Positions 30,745-40,972 of a stretch of DNA of 64,000 bases are shown piece by piece. The stretch is from Dehalococcoidia bacterium. GTDB lineage: Bacteria > Chloroflexota > Dehalococcoidia > Bin125. The stretch is from the NCBI GenBank assembly GCA_963662615.2, contig CAXXSR010000001.1:1632001-1696000 (forward strand). Reading direction: 5' to 3'. The notes below the pieces were generated by a model. That model worked only from the letters and a program-made list of their open reading frames with translations. It was not told the DNA's origin and searched no databases. Both the position numbers and the translations under genes were made by a program. Numbering within the stretch: position 1 is the stretch's first letter; the number at the start of each line of letters is the position of its first letter.

Positions 30745-32606
30745 CCTGCGTCGACCTCCAAGGGCTCGTCGACTTCCCACTCCACCGGCCCGTCGTCGTA
30801 CTCCTCGACAGGTGCACTACTGGTAAACAGACCGTCGTCCCGCACGACCGGCGTGCCCAGCGCATCCTCGATGAGCTTCAGCAGGTTCTCGGCTCGGGTG
30901 GCATAGAACCCCCAAAAATCATCTAGGCGCAGAAGCTGCGCCGGGATCTGATGCGAGGCGAGAATTTCGTCCATCCGCTCCGGTACGATGCTTGCGTCTC
31001 TCTCCAGTGTGCCCAGATAGACCGATGGCGCCCGACCACCCACCTTGCGGTTCGTGTAGGCGGAGACGGCTGCCTTGTTGATGATGCTGTCGTAGGTCTT
31101 GTCCGCAATGCCCTGCTTCTGGCACCAGGCCTTGGGGAAGATGTGGTGGATATCGATCTTGTCGTCGAAGAAGGTTTGCGCCTCGATCCGTTCGCCGGTG
31201 CGGAAGTCTCGTCCGCCCTGGCGCATCAGCAGCGCGTGAACGCCTTTGTAGGCCGCGCTGTTCCTGGTGCGGAGTGTGAGGAGCCGATTCGCCTGAAAGT
31301 TCGCTTCGCCGATCGCGCTCGGAACACCATCACCGCCGCGCACCATGGCGACCACCTCTGGCAGATCGCGCGCGAAGCGCGTCTCGATCGCTCCGCCGTA
31401 CAGCTCTCCCAGGATGCCGCTCCAAAACCACCGAGCAATCTGCTGGCGAGCCGTGTCCGTCTCCGCCTCTTTCCCGAGATCCACCATGATCGCTGCCAGC
31501 GGAACGAGTTGCGTTCGGTAGGGAAGGTCCTTGGCGTTGAAGATGTTTTGATGATGCAAGAAGCGGGCGGCCTGGATGAATCCCGTCTCTGCTCTGTCCG
31601 CCCAAGCCTCGTAGTCAGCAACTCCCAAGCGCAGGATGTCGCGTCGGCGGCAGCCGATGCCCGGGGCGCTCTCGACACCGGTTCCTTCGCCACTGGCGTT
31701 CCTGCGGCGGGCCATCGTCGTCAGGAGCGAGATGACCTGCAAGAAGTCGTCACTTTGGATCCCACGCAGGACCGGATGCTCGCCCTTCAGGCGCTCCTCT
31801 CGCGCCCGCCAATCGTCGCGCAGCTGGAAGTTCTCGGCGGCGAAAGACGCTGTCAGGAGTTCGAAGACGCTGAGTGTCACGCCCCCCGTGTTGACCTTCT
31901 CGAAGACCAGGCATACCGCTTCCTTCGGCGTCTCCTTGCCCAGCGTGATGACGGGAATTTGGTACCCCTCGAACCGCTTGATGACGAGGCGCTCGAACGT
32001 GTCGAAGAGTTCCATCTTTTGTGAGTCGTAATTCCAGTGCTGGTTGTATCCCCGTCGCCAGCCGGCAGCATCGAAGACCTGATCTGCCGGAAACAGGCTC
32101 TGGCCGTACTCACCCTCGGCCTGCGACAAATCCGTTTTCACCTCGCCGCGGAAGGTTCGTACGATCCGGTCCGCAGGAACGCTCAATACGGTCTCGTCGG
32201 CTTCCGGATCGACCGCACGCTCCATATCGAGGTAGTAGTGCCGTTCGATCGCCTTCCCCTTCGGGTCCTTGGTTTGCACCGGGACCGGGCTCATGAGCGC
32301 CTGATAGAGCGAGGTCAGCCGTTGCTGACCATCCAGAATCAGCGTGTCTGGCCCAATCCGGGCGAGGCTATCGTCTGTCCCTTCCACGGGACGCGGTTTA
32401 AAGGTGACGCCCTCGCCTCCCGTCTCCAGAATCATCACGGCGCCGATCGGGAACGACACCGAAATGCTCTCCAAAAGGCTTCGGATGCGTTCGTCGTCCC
32501 AGACCCAGCCGCGCTGGAAGTCCGGGAGCTGCATCTTCCCGGAATCGACGTATCGGAGTAGCTCCAGAAGCCCGGTCTTCGTGCTGTCGAACGTCGCACC
32601 AATCAT
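30741..32606 (-). CDS. GmrSD-like DUF262 (+DUF1524-like) protein
   Basis: LPDFQRGWVW, DGQQRLT, FEKVNTGG; C-terminal DIHHIFP...N...N. Confidence 0.85.
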   Translation of the reverse strand: MIGATFDSTKTGLLELLRYVDSGKMQLPDFQRGWVWDDERIRSLLESISVSFPIGAVMILETGGEGVTFKPRPVEGTDDSLARIGPDTLILDGQQRLTSLYQALMSPVPVQTKDPKGKAIERHYYLDMERAVDPEADETVLSVPADRIVRTFRGEVKTDLSQAEGEYGQSLFPADQVFDAAGWRRGYNQHWNYDSQKMELFDTFERLVIKRFEGYQIPVITLGKETPKEAVCLVFEKVNTGGVTLSVFELLTASFAAENFQLRDDWRAREERLKGEHPVLRGIQSDDFLQVISLLTTMARRRNASGEGTGVESAPGIGCRRRDILRLGVADYEAWADRAETGFIQAARFLHHQNIFNAKDLPYRTQLVPLAAIMVDLGKEAETDTARQQIARWFWSGILGELYGGAIETRFARDLPEVVAMVRGGDGVPSAIGEANFQANRLLTLRTRNSAAYKGVHALLMRQGGRDFRTGERIEAQTFFDDKIDIHHIFPKAWCQKQGIADKTYDSIINKAAVSAYTNRKVGGRAPSVYLGTLERDASIVPERMDEILASHQIPAQLLRLDDFWGFYATRAENLLKLIEDALGTPVVRDDGLFTSSAPVEEYDDGPVEWEVDEPLEVDAG

Positions 32607-32629
32607 CCCGATACCCCTTCTGCTGAACT

Positions 32630-32800
32630 CCCCGTGATCTCCCCCAGCATCTCACGATGTCCCCTTCGATCTCCCGAATATCCGCCTCGATCTCCTCGAG
32701 AGGACGAGGCGGGGTGTAGGCGTAGAACTCGCGGTTGAAGTTGATCTCGTAGCCGACGAGGCCGACTTCGGCGTCCTTTGCGTCGCGACGGTCCTGGTAT
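32630..32800 (-). pseudogene. hsdM: type I RM HsdM C-terminal remnant (approximate ends)
   Basis: VGYEINFNREFYAYTPPRPLEEIEADI. Confidence 0.75.
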
Positions 32801-33099
32801 ACGTTAGCGATCGAACTCATCGGCGAGGTTGCCGATGAGATCCGCAGGCGCTTCCAGGACACCTCAGGACAGGGCGCGACGACCGAGTTACACCGCCAAG
32901 GTGATCCTCGCCAGCGTGCGCGCAGCACCAGCTCCTCCTCAGCGAGGAAGCGCGATCTCTATCCGGAAGGGGATCCCATCTGTACTCACCACTGGACGAA
33001 CATCGGGATGTGTGTTCAATCCGGGCGAAAGAATGGTTGGTGTCCCCTTCGCGATCAGCCTGAGCGCTGGGCTCCAAGAACAGCCTCGCAGCCGGGTTA

Positions 33100-33469
33100 C
33101 CCGGAGCGGTCACCGAACGGAGGGCTGTTCGGGGGCTTGATCGAGGCGAACGCCCTGGTCGAGCGCACGTGGGGTGCCGCGATCCATGAGGCCGTCGCGC
33201 CTGAAGATGGCGAACTCGTCGTCACGAAGCGGGCGAATGCCATCCTGCCAGGACTCATGAACACACTCATGGCGATCGAGAACCGCGTCGCGAAAGGTGT
33301 CGACCGCGATGAGCTCATCGCTCAGCGTGATAGCCAAGTGCCGCTCGGTCGGAAGATGGGCACCGGCTGGGACGTGGCCAACGCGGTCCTCTTCCTCCAC
33401 TCCGATGACGCCGCCTTCATCACCGGTATCGCGCTCCCCGTCGACGGTGGCTCCGCTCTGACTCGCTAG
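33100..33469 (+). pseudogene. chimera of an isochorismatase-like fragment and an SDR C-terminal fragment
   Basis: PGYPE...WGAAIHEAVAPEDGELVVTKR joined to NAILPGLMNT...DVANAVLFLHSD...ITGIALPVDGG. Confidence 0.6.
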
Positions 33470-33731
33470 AGCGTCGATCACCGGTCTGGATCGCCGTCGC
33501 GGCGGGCACTGACGTGGGCTCTGCGGGAGATCCGAGCGAATCGGTTCAGCCCGGCTTGGAGAGTCAGCGGTATCTGCGCGGAATGCGTAACGGGGCGGGC
33601 GGCGAGACGATGAAATTCGGATGCGGCCCTTATGTGCGCGCGCCGCTGGATGAGGTGACAATCGACCCTTCGACGTGGTTTGCTGATTGTGAGGTCGCAG
33701 AGCAGTACACGCGACCAGCGAGAGGGTGGGG

Positions 33732-36700
33732 ATGACGACAGCGAGCAGGGCACAATCGTTGCCTACGGTCGCTCCAGATGTTGGGCAGCTCGTGCATGTC
33801 CGCTCCCGACGGTGGCTCGTCGAGGAGATTGTTCCGCCCGCGAGCCCCGGCGACTCTTGCCTCGTTCGCCTCGCCTGTGCCGACGACGATGCTCAAGGAC
33901 AGTCCCTGGACGTGTACTGGGACTACGAGCTCGACAGGAGAGTTCTGGAGGAAGAGGGCTGGCAAGACCTGGCCAGCCAAGGGTTCGACGACCCGCGCCA
34001 GTTCGCAGCCTTCCTGCACACGTTGCAGTGGAACTGCGTCACGGCGACAGATCCGAACATCTTCCAGGCGCCCTTCCGGGCTGGCATCAAGATCGACGCC
34101 TACCAGATGGAGCCGCTGCGCAAGGCGCTCCGGCTCCCCCGCGTCAATCTCTTCATCGCGGACGACACGGGCCTTGGAAAGACGATCGAGGCGGGCCTCA
34201 TCGCCCGGGAACTGCTGCTCCGCAAGAAAGTCAAGACAATCGTGGTCGCGGCACCCGCCTCGGTCATCGAGCAATGGAAGGGCGAGATGGAGGATCGCTT
34301 TGGCTTGGTGTTCGAGATTCTGGACCGTGCGTACCTGACGAAGATGCGTCGCGAGCGGGGGTTCGGCGTGAACCCGTGGCGAACCCATAGCCGCTTTTTG
34401 ATCTCCCACAGTCTGTTGATCGACCCGACTTACGCCGACCCAATGCGTGAGTGGCTCGGCCCCCTGCTGCCAGGGAGTCTTTTGATCCTCGACGAAGCTC
34501 ATCACGCGGCACCGTCCAGCGGTGGGCGCTACGGCATCGAGACGAAGTTCACGCGCGCCGTGCGAGACCTCTCCGGCCGCTTCGAGCACCGGCTGTTTCT
34601 GTCCGCCACTCCGCACAACGGCCACTCCAACAGCTTCTCGACGCTCCTGGAGCTACTCGACCCATATCGGTTCACCCGGGGGGTGAAGGTGCGCGGCAAG
34701 CGGGAGCTTGACGATGTCATGGTCCGGCGACTCAAGGACGACATCCGCGCCATCCAAGGTGGCTTCCCCGTACGCGTCGTGCAGCGCGTGGTCATCGATG
34801 GGCTCCCGGAAGATGCGCCAGAGCTCGTCCTGTCCCGCCTTCTTGACGAATATCGGACCGTTCGAGAGGAGCGTCACGCCGCCGCATCGCGGAAAGCGCA
34901 AGCGTCAGCTGGCCTCTTGATTGTTGGGTTGCAGCAGCGGCTGCTGTCCTCCACAGAGGCTTTCGCGCGCAGTCTCAAGGTCCACCGGCAGACGGTGAAG
35001 CGTCATTGGGAGAAAGAGTCGACGACTGCCGTCCCAGAATCCAAGACGGCGGACGAGGACGCCCGCCTCTTTACGATGGCACCGGACGTGGATGACGAGC
35101 GTGGTGTGTGGACCGATAACCAGCTCGACGCAGAGGAGGACGACCAAATCGAGTCGATCACCAGCGCCGCGGAAGCTGGAACTGCACGCGACAAGGCTGC
35201 GGTGGACCTGTGGAACCGGGAGCAGGAACTGCTGGATGAGATGGAAGAGGTCGCGGAGGCGACACGTCACCTGCCCGAGGCGAAGGCTCGGCGCCTCATC
35301 GACTGGATCCGGGAGAACATGTGCCCCGACCTGCCACCGTTCGGGAAGTCGCCAACGGAATCGCGCCCTGCCTGGAACGCGCGGCGGGTCCTGATCTTCA
35401 CAGAGAATCGCGAGGGCACAAAGCGATATCTGCGGACGATCCTGGAACAGGCCATCGAGGGGACCGACCGAGCGGATGAGCGGATCGAGGTCATCGACGG
35501 TCTCACAAGTAGCACCCGACGCAAGGAAATCCAGCGCCGGTTCAACGCGGACCCTGCGAAAGACCCACTACGGATTCTGCTCGCCACGGACGCCGCCCGA
35601 GAGGGGCTGAACTTCCAGGCCCACTGCGCGGACTTGTTCCACTTCGACTTGCCCTGGAATCCCGGACGAATCGAGCAGCGCAACGGCCGGATCGATCGCA
35701 AACTGCAGCGGGCCCCCGAGGTCCGCTGCCACTACTTCGCCTTGCCCCAGCGCGTGGAGGATCGCGTCCTCCGGGTCCTGGTTCGGAAGACTGAGACGAT
35801 CAAGAAGGAACTCGGAAGCCTCTCAAAGGTGATCGACGACGACATTGAGCGCCAGCTTCGGGGCGGGATTCGGCATCGAGACGTGGATCGACTCGCTCGC
35901 GAACTCGAACAAGCGGACCTCGACGAGGAGCGCAAACGAATCACGAATGAGGAGTTGGAATCCGCGAGAGACCGACAAGAGGACCTAAAGCAACAGATCG
36001 AGCGCTGCCAGACGCTTCTGGAACGTTCGCGGGAGTGGGTCGGCTTCGCGCCGGAGCCGTTCCGCGACGCGCTCTCTTGCTCGCTGAAACTGATCGGCGC
36101 CGAGCCGCTAACAGAGAGTCGAGACGACGACGGTAACCTCGTCTGGACGTTCCCCCCGCTCGATCGCCGCGCCGAGACCGACGCGAGCTGGGCGGCGACG
36201 CTTGATACCCTCCGGGCGCCCCGCAAGACGAACGAGAAGCTCGCCGAGTGGCGTCGCGAGGCACCGATTCGCCCGATCGTCTTCCAAGATGCCGGCGTCT
36301 TGAGCGACGACACTGTCCACCTCCACCTCGAGCAGCGTGTTGCACAGCGTCTTCTCGCCCGCTTCCGCTCGCAGGGTTTCATCCACCATGATCTCTCTCG
36401 CGCCTGCCTCGCCCAGACCGCCGACTCCGTCCCCCGGGTCATTCTGCTCGGTCGGCTCTCGCTCTACGGACGCAACGCAGAGCGCCTCCATGAGGAGATC
36501 GTTCCGCTAGCCGCACGTTGGGTGGAGCCATCCCGGCGACAGACTCCGCTCCGAGCGTACGCGCGCGCGGCTGAGACCAGGACTTTGGACCTGCTCGAGG
36601 CTTCTCTCGATCGCGGGGGGTCTGAGCCGAACGAAACGGTTCGGGGCAAGATCCTCGCCTCCGCGGCGCGCGATGTTGAGGAGCTGCGTCCCCAGCTCGA

Positions 36701-37037
36701 GCCCCGCGCGGAGGAGCTGGCTGAGGTTGCGATCGACAGACTTCGTGAGCGAGGTGAGCGTGAGGAGCGCGACCTCCGCGGGATCCTCGAGCGTCACCGG
36801 AAGCGTGTAGCGGAGGAGCTGGAGAAGCAGGAGGATCAACCGCTTCAGCTTCGCCTCGGCTTTGGCGAGGAGGAGAGACGCCAGCGGGAAGCCGACGTGC
36901 GTTCCTGGCGCATTCGGTTGGAGCAGTTCGACCGTGACCTCGACGAGGAGCCGCAACGTGTCCGTGACTTCTACGAGGTCCGCGCCAGGCGGGTGGAGCC
37001 GATCGGGCTCGTCTATCTCTGGCCGGACACGAACTGA
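33732..37037 (+). CDS. drmD: DISARM SNF2-like helicase
   Basis: ADDTGLGKT, DEAHH, SATPHNG, REGLN, EQRNGRIDR; first gene of canonical order. Confidence 0.88.
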   Translation: MTTASRAQSLPTVAPDVGQLVHVRSRRWLVEEIVPPASPGDSCLVRLACADDDAQGQSLDVYWDYELDRRVLEEEGWQDLASQGFDDPRQFAAFLHTLQWNCVTATDPNIFQAPFRAGIKIDAYQMEPLRKALRLPRVNLFIADDTGLGKTIEAGLIARELLLRKKVKTIVVAAPASVIEQWKGEMEDRFGLVFEILDRAYLTKMRRERGFGVNPWRTHSRFLISHSLLIDPTYADPMREWLGPLLPGSLLILDEAHHAAPSSGGRYGIETKFTRAVRDLSGRFEHRLFLSATPHNGHSNSFSTLLELLDPYRFTRGVKVRGKRELDDVMVRRLKDDIRAIQGGFPVRVVQRVVIDGLPEDAPELVLSRLLDEYRTVREERHAAASRKAQASAGLLIVGLQQRLLSSTEAFARSLKVHRQTVKRHWEKESTTAVPESKTADEDARLFTMAPDVDDERGVWTDNQLDAEEDDQIESITSAAEAGTARDKAAVDLWNREQELLDEMEEVAEATRHLPEAKARRLIDWIRENMCPDLPPFGKSPTESRPAWNARRVLIFTENREGTKRYLRTILEQAIEGTDRADERIEVIDGLTSSTRRKEIQRRFNADPAKDPLRILLATDAAREGLNFQAHCADLFHFDLPWNPGRIEQRNGRIDRKLQRAPEVRCHYFALPQRVEDRVLRVLVRKTETIKKELGSLSKVIDDDIERQLRGGIRHRDVDRLARELEQADLDEERKRITNEELESARDRQEDLKQQIERCQTLLERSREWVGFAPEPFRDALSCSLKLIGAEPLTESRDDDGNLVWTFPPLDRRAETDASWAATLDTLRAPRKTNEKLAEWRREAPIRPIVFQDAGVLSDDTVHLHLEQRVAQRLLARFRSQGFIHHDLSRACLAQTADSVPRVILLGRLSLYGRNAERLHEEIVPLAARWVEPSRRQTPLRAYARAAETRTLDLLEASLDRGGSEPNETVRGKILASAARDVEELRPQLEPRAEELAEVAIDRLRERGEREERDLRGILERHRKRVAEELEKQEDQPLQLRLGFGEEERRQREADVRSWRIRLEQFDRDLDEEPQRVRDFYEVRARRVEPIGLVYLWPDTN

Positions 37038-40000
37038 TGGCCACACTCGATCCACAAATCGCCGCGCATCTCGAATGGATTGGCTTTGTGCGGCCGACGG
37101 GTCTCGTCGTCTCCGCGCCTGCTCTCGTGCGGGCCGGTGCCATCCTGGACCGAAACGATGCGGAGGGTCAGCGCTTCCTCCGGGAGAACGTCGAGCAGCG
37201 AGAGTTCGACCCGGCGGAAGGCTCCACTGCGTGGGCCCCGAGCTTCCACGCGTTCGCTTCCACAGTGCTGGGTTGGAACTTCTCTCCTACAGGATACGCC
37301 GGGAGCGAAGAAAGCCCGATCCCCGCCGACCTTGAGGTGCCGCTTCCCGACTATGGGACGACGCTTCGACCTGATTTCGTGGTCCGGGAGCTCGACGCAG
37401 CTGCGGGCGACGTGCCCTGGCAGCTCCTGGTCCGTGTGCTTGAGGCCGGCCAGGACTTCGATACGACCATTCGCGGGGATGGGAACCTCGAGGCCTCGGC
37501 TCACGGGCGCATGGAGCGGCTCTTGCGGCGAACCGGCGTTCCCGCTGGGCTCCTCTTCAATGGCCGGGCGCTTCGCCTGGTTTCCGCGCCCCGCGGTGAA
37601 AGCTCGGGTTGGATCGACTTCTGCGTCGACGACATGGTCCAGACCGCTGGGCGGCCTATTTGCACCGCACTGCGATTGCTCCTGGGGCAGACGCGCCTCC
37701 TAAGTCTCCCCAGGGCACAGCGCCTGACCGCCCTCCTTGAGGACAGCCGCAAGTTTCAGAACGAGGTCAGTGAGCGCCTGGCCGAACAGGTCCTGCACGG
37801 CCTCTATGACCTGCTGCGTGGATTCCAAGCAGCACATGACGCCTCCGGCGGCGAGTTGCTACGGGAACCGCTGCGCGAGAATCCTGACGAGGTCTACCGC
37901 GCCTTGCTGACGGTGACCCTCCGGCTCGTCTTCCTGCTCTACGCCGAAGAGCGCGACATGCTCCCAGGGGATGAAGCCTTTCAGAAGTACTATTCGCTCG
38001 CGGGGCTCCACGCTCGGCTCCGAGAAGATGCCGCGCTCTTCCCCGACACAATGGAGCAGCGGTACGGCGCCTGGCCGCAACTCCTCGTTCTCTTCCGAAT
38101 GGTCTTCGACGGGGCCGAGAGCGGGGAGATGCGCTTGCCGCAACGACACGGTGTGCTCTTTGATCCGGACCGCTTCCCCTTCCTCGAGGGGCGGCCCGCG
38201 GCGGACTCGCGGCAAATCGACGGGCGGATCGAACCTCCTCTCGTGCCAGACGGCACGATCTATCGAGTTCTCGAGAACCTGCTTGTGCTCGACGGTGAGC
38301 GCATCTCCTACCGCGCTCTTGACGTGGAACAGATCGGCTCCGTCTACGAGACGATGATGGGCTTCCGCCTGGAGCAAGCGACCGGCCGCTCCGTGGCGAT
38401 CAAGGCGTCGAAGAGGCATGGCGCGCCGACGACCATCAATCTCGAAACGCTCCTCGCGGAGTCACCGGCCGCGCGGGAGAAGTGGGTGAAGGATCAAGCC
38501 GATCGGGCGTTGACGGACAAGGTCAACAAAGCGGTCAAGGACGCCGTGACCCTCGATGACCTGCATGCGGCGCTCGATTCCGTGGTGGATAGGCGCGCCA
38601 CCCCGGACCTCATACCCGTGGGGGCGATGGCCTTACAACCGAGCGAGGAACGACGTAGGTCCGGTTCCCACTACACTCCCCGGACGCTGACTGAGCCGAT
38701 CATCCGCACGACCTTGGAGCCCATCCTCAAGAGACTGCGAGGCGAGGAGGATCGGCCACCGATGCCGGCGCAGATCCTAGAACTCAAGGTCTGCGACCCG
38801 GCAATGGGCTCAGGCGCATTCCTCGTCGAGGCTTGCCGCCACCTCGGAGATGCCTTGATCGAGGCCTGGCGTTTCCACGACCAGTTGCCCAGCATCCCAC
38901 CAGACGAAGATGAAGTGGTCCTGGCGCGCAGGCTGATCGCGCAGCGTTGCCTCTACGGGGTGGACAAGAATCCTGTCGCAGTTGACCTTGCCAAGATGTC
39001 GCTCTGGCTCGTCACGCTTGCCCGCGACCATCCCTTGACCTTCCTGGATCACGCGCTGCGGCACGGCGACTCACTCGTTGGGCTTTCGCGCAAGCAGATC
39101 GAAGCCTTTCACTGGGATGGGGACGCGCCCCGCTTTCAGGCGGGGCTTGAGATCATGCAGGTTCGCGAACATGTGGCGAGAGTCACGAATCTGCGCCGGC
39201 GAATCCGTGAGGCGGACGAGAGCGTCCAGGACTGGCAACTGCGCGACCTCTGGAACGAGGCGCAGATGGAGCTCGGGAATATCCGCTTGTTCGGCGACCT
39301 GGTGCTTGCGGCCTTTTTCGAGGAAGAGAAGCCCAAGGAGCGAGAACGGAAGCGAAACGAGTACGCCACGTCCGTTCTCGCCGGCGAGACGGAGGGCAAC
39401 CGCGAACGGCTCGATGGCTGGAGGGACGCGACCCTGCCGCTCGTTCCCTTCCATTGGGAGATCGAGTTCCCGGAAGTCTTCGAAAGACGCGCGCCTGGGT
39501 TTGATGTCTTCGTCGGGAACCCGCCGTTCGCGGGCAAGAACAATCTCGCGAGTGCGAATCTCGCTGGATACGCTGATTGGCTCAGGCAGTCGCATGAAGG
39601 GAGCCACGGAAATGCTGATCTCGTGGCCCACTTCTTCCGTCGCGCCTTTGATCTCCTGAGGGAGGGCGGGGCCTTCGGCCTGATCGCCACGAACACCATC
39701 GGACAGGGCGATACGCGCTCGACAGGGCTCCGCTGGATCTGCGAGCACGGTGGCGATCTTTTCGCCGCGCGGAAGCGCCTCATCTGGCCCGGTCTCGCTG
39801 CTGTGGTGGTGAGCGTAATTCACGGGACCAAGGGACGCTTTTTCGAGCAGCGATGGTTGGACGATCGGCCAGTGGAGATCATCACCGCATTCCTCGCTGA
39901 TCGAGGTCCACACAGTGATCCCAGCAGCCTTTCTGCGAACGCCAGCCTAGCCTTCGTCGGTAATTATGTACTTGGAGACGGGTTCATCTTCGACGATTCT

Positions 40001-40972
40001 AAACCTACGCGCTGGCCGGTCTCGGCAGGTTCTGAACTACTTGTGAATCCGCACAACAGAGAGGTTCTCCGCCCGTACCTCACGGGGGACGCCTTGAATT
40101 CCTTGCCGGATTCGATACCGTGCGAGATTGTCATCGATTTTGGGAATCGCGACGAGGAGGCCGCGAGGGAGTGGCCTGAGCTCATAGCGCTGGCAGAGGA
40201 GCGAGTAAAACCGGGCCGGGAGAAGTACAAAGGGGCGATGCGGGAGAAGTGGTGGCTCCACGCGCGCAGTAAAGCGAGTTTCTACACGAGCGTTCGCCCA
40301 CTTGAGCGCGTGATCGTCACTAGCCAAACAAGCCCTCGCTGGTCATTCACGCTAGTAGATTCAGCTTGGACCTATGACCAGACGGTTACGGTGATCTTGT
40401 CCGATTCACATGCCATGTTCGCCATCCTCAGCTCTCGATTGCACGAGGCCTGGGCTCGTTTCGTCGGGTCGTCGATGAAGGACGATCTTCGCTACACGCC
40501 GTCCGACTGTTTCGAGACCTTCCCCTTTCCCGAGGACTGGGAGACTCATGCGGCGCTGGAGGAGGTGGGCAAGGCCTACTACGCGTTCCGCGCGGATTCG
40601 ATGGTCAAAAACAACGAGGGCTTGACCAGGACATACAACCGCTTCCATCACCCAGACGAGCGCGACCCTGCCATCCAGGGATTGCGCGAGCTCCACGCGA
40701 CCATCGACCGTGTCATGCTCGACGCCTACGGCTGGAACGACATCCCAACCGATTGCGAGTTCCTCCTCGACTACGAGATCGACGAGGAGGAGTGGGGCCG
40801 CAAGAAGAAGCCTTACCGCTACCGCTGGCCCGATGACGTCCATGATGAAGTGCTGGCTCGGCTGCTTGAGCTAAACGCAGCTCGTGCGAAAGAGGAAGTG
40901 TGGGCCGGAGTCACGACCGAAAAGCCGAAGAGCCGCCGGAAGAAGGCCGCTAAGCAAAGGGAGCTCATCTAG
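37037..40972 (+). CDS. drmMI: DISARM class I adenine methyltransferase
   Basis: GSHYTP, DPAMGSGAF, GNPPF; position after drmD. Confidence 0.85.
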   Translation: MATLDPQIAAHLEWIGFVRPTGLVVSAPALVRAGAILDRNDAEGQRFLRENVEQREFDPAEGSTAWAPSFHAFASTVLGWNFSPTGYAGSEESPIPADLEVPLPDYGTTLRPDFVVRELDAAAGDVPWQLLVRVLEAGQDFDTTIRGDGNLEASAHGRMERLLRRTGVPAGLLFNGRALRLVSAPRGESSGWIDFCVDDMVQTAGRPICTALRLLLGQTRLLSLPRAQRLTALLEDSRKFQNEVSERLAEQVLHGLYDLLRGFQAAHDASGGELLREPLRENPDEVYRALLTVTLRLVFLLYAEERDMLPGDEAFQKYYSLAGLHARLREDAALFPDTMEQRYGAWPQLLVLFRMVFDGAESGEMRLPQRHGVLFDPDRFPFLEGRPAADSRQIDGRIEPPLVPDGTIYRVLENLLVLDGERISYRALDVEQIGSVYETMMGFRLEQATGRSVAIKASKRHGAPTTINLETLLAESPAAREKWVKDQADRALTDKVNKAVKDAVTLDDLHAALDSVVDRRATPDLIPVGAMALQPSEERRRSGSHYTPRTLTEPIIRTTLEPILKRLRGEEDRPPMPAQILELKVCDPAMGSGAFLVEACRHLGDALIEAWRFHDQLPSIPPDEDEVVLARRLIAQRCLYGVDKNPVAVDLAKMSLWLVTLARDHPLTFLDHALRHGDSLVGLSRKQIEAFHWDGDAPRFQAGLEIMQVREHVARVTNLRRRIREADESVQDWQLRDLWNEAQMELGNIRLFGDLVLAAFFEEEKPKERERKRNEYATSVLAGETEGNRERLDGWRDATLPLVPFHWEIEFPEVFERRAPGFDVFVGNPPFAGKNNLASANLAGYADWLRQSHEGSHGNADLVAHFFRRAFDLLREGGAFGLIATNTIGQGDTRSTGLRWICEHGGDLFAARKRLIWPGLAAVVVSVIHGTKGRFFEQRWLDDRPVEIITAFLADRGPHSDPSSLSANASLAFVGNYVLGDGFIFDDSKPTRWPVSAGSELLVNPHNREVLRPYLTGDALNSLPDSIPCEIVIDFGNRDEEAAREWPELIALAEERVKPGREKYKGAMREKWWLHARSKASFYTSVRPLERVIVTSQTSPRWSFTLVDSAWTYDQTVTVILSDSHAMFAILSSRLHEAWARFVGSSMKDDLRYTPSDCFETFPFPEDWETHAALEEVGKAYYAFRADSMVKNNEGLTRTYNRFHHPDERDPAIQGLRELHATIDRVMLDAYGWNDIPTDCEFLLDYEIDEEEWGRKKKPYRYRWPDDVHDEVLARLLELNAARAKEEVWAGVTTEKPKSRRKKAAKQRELI

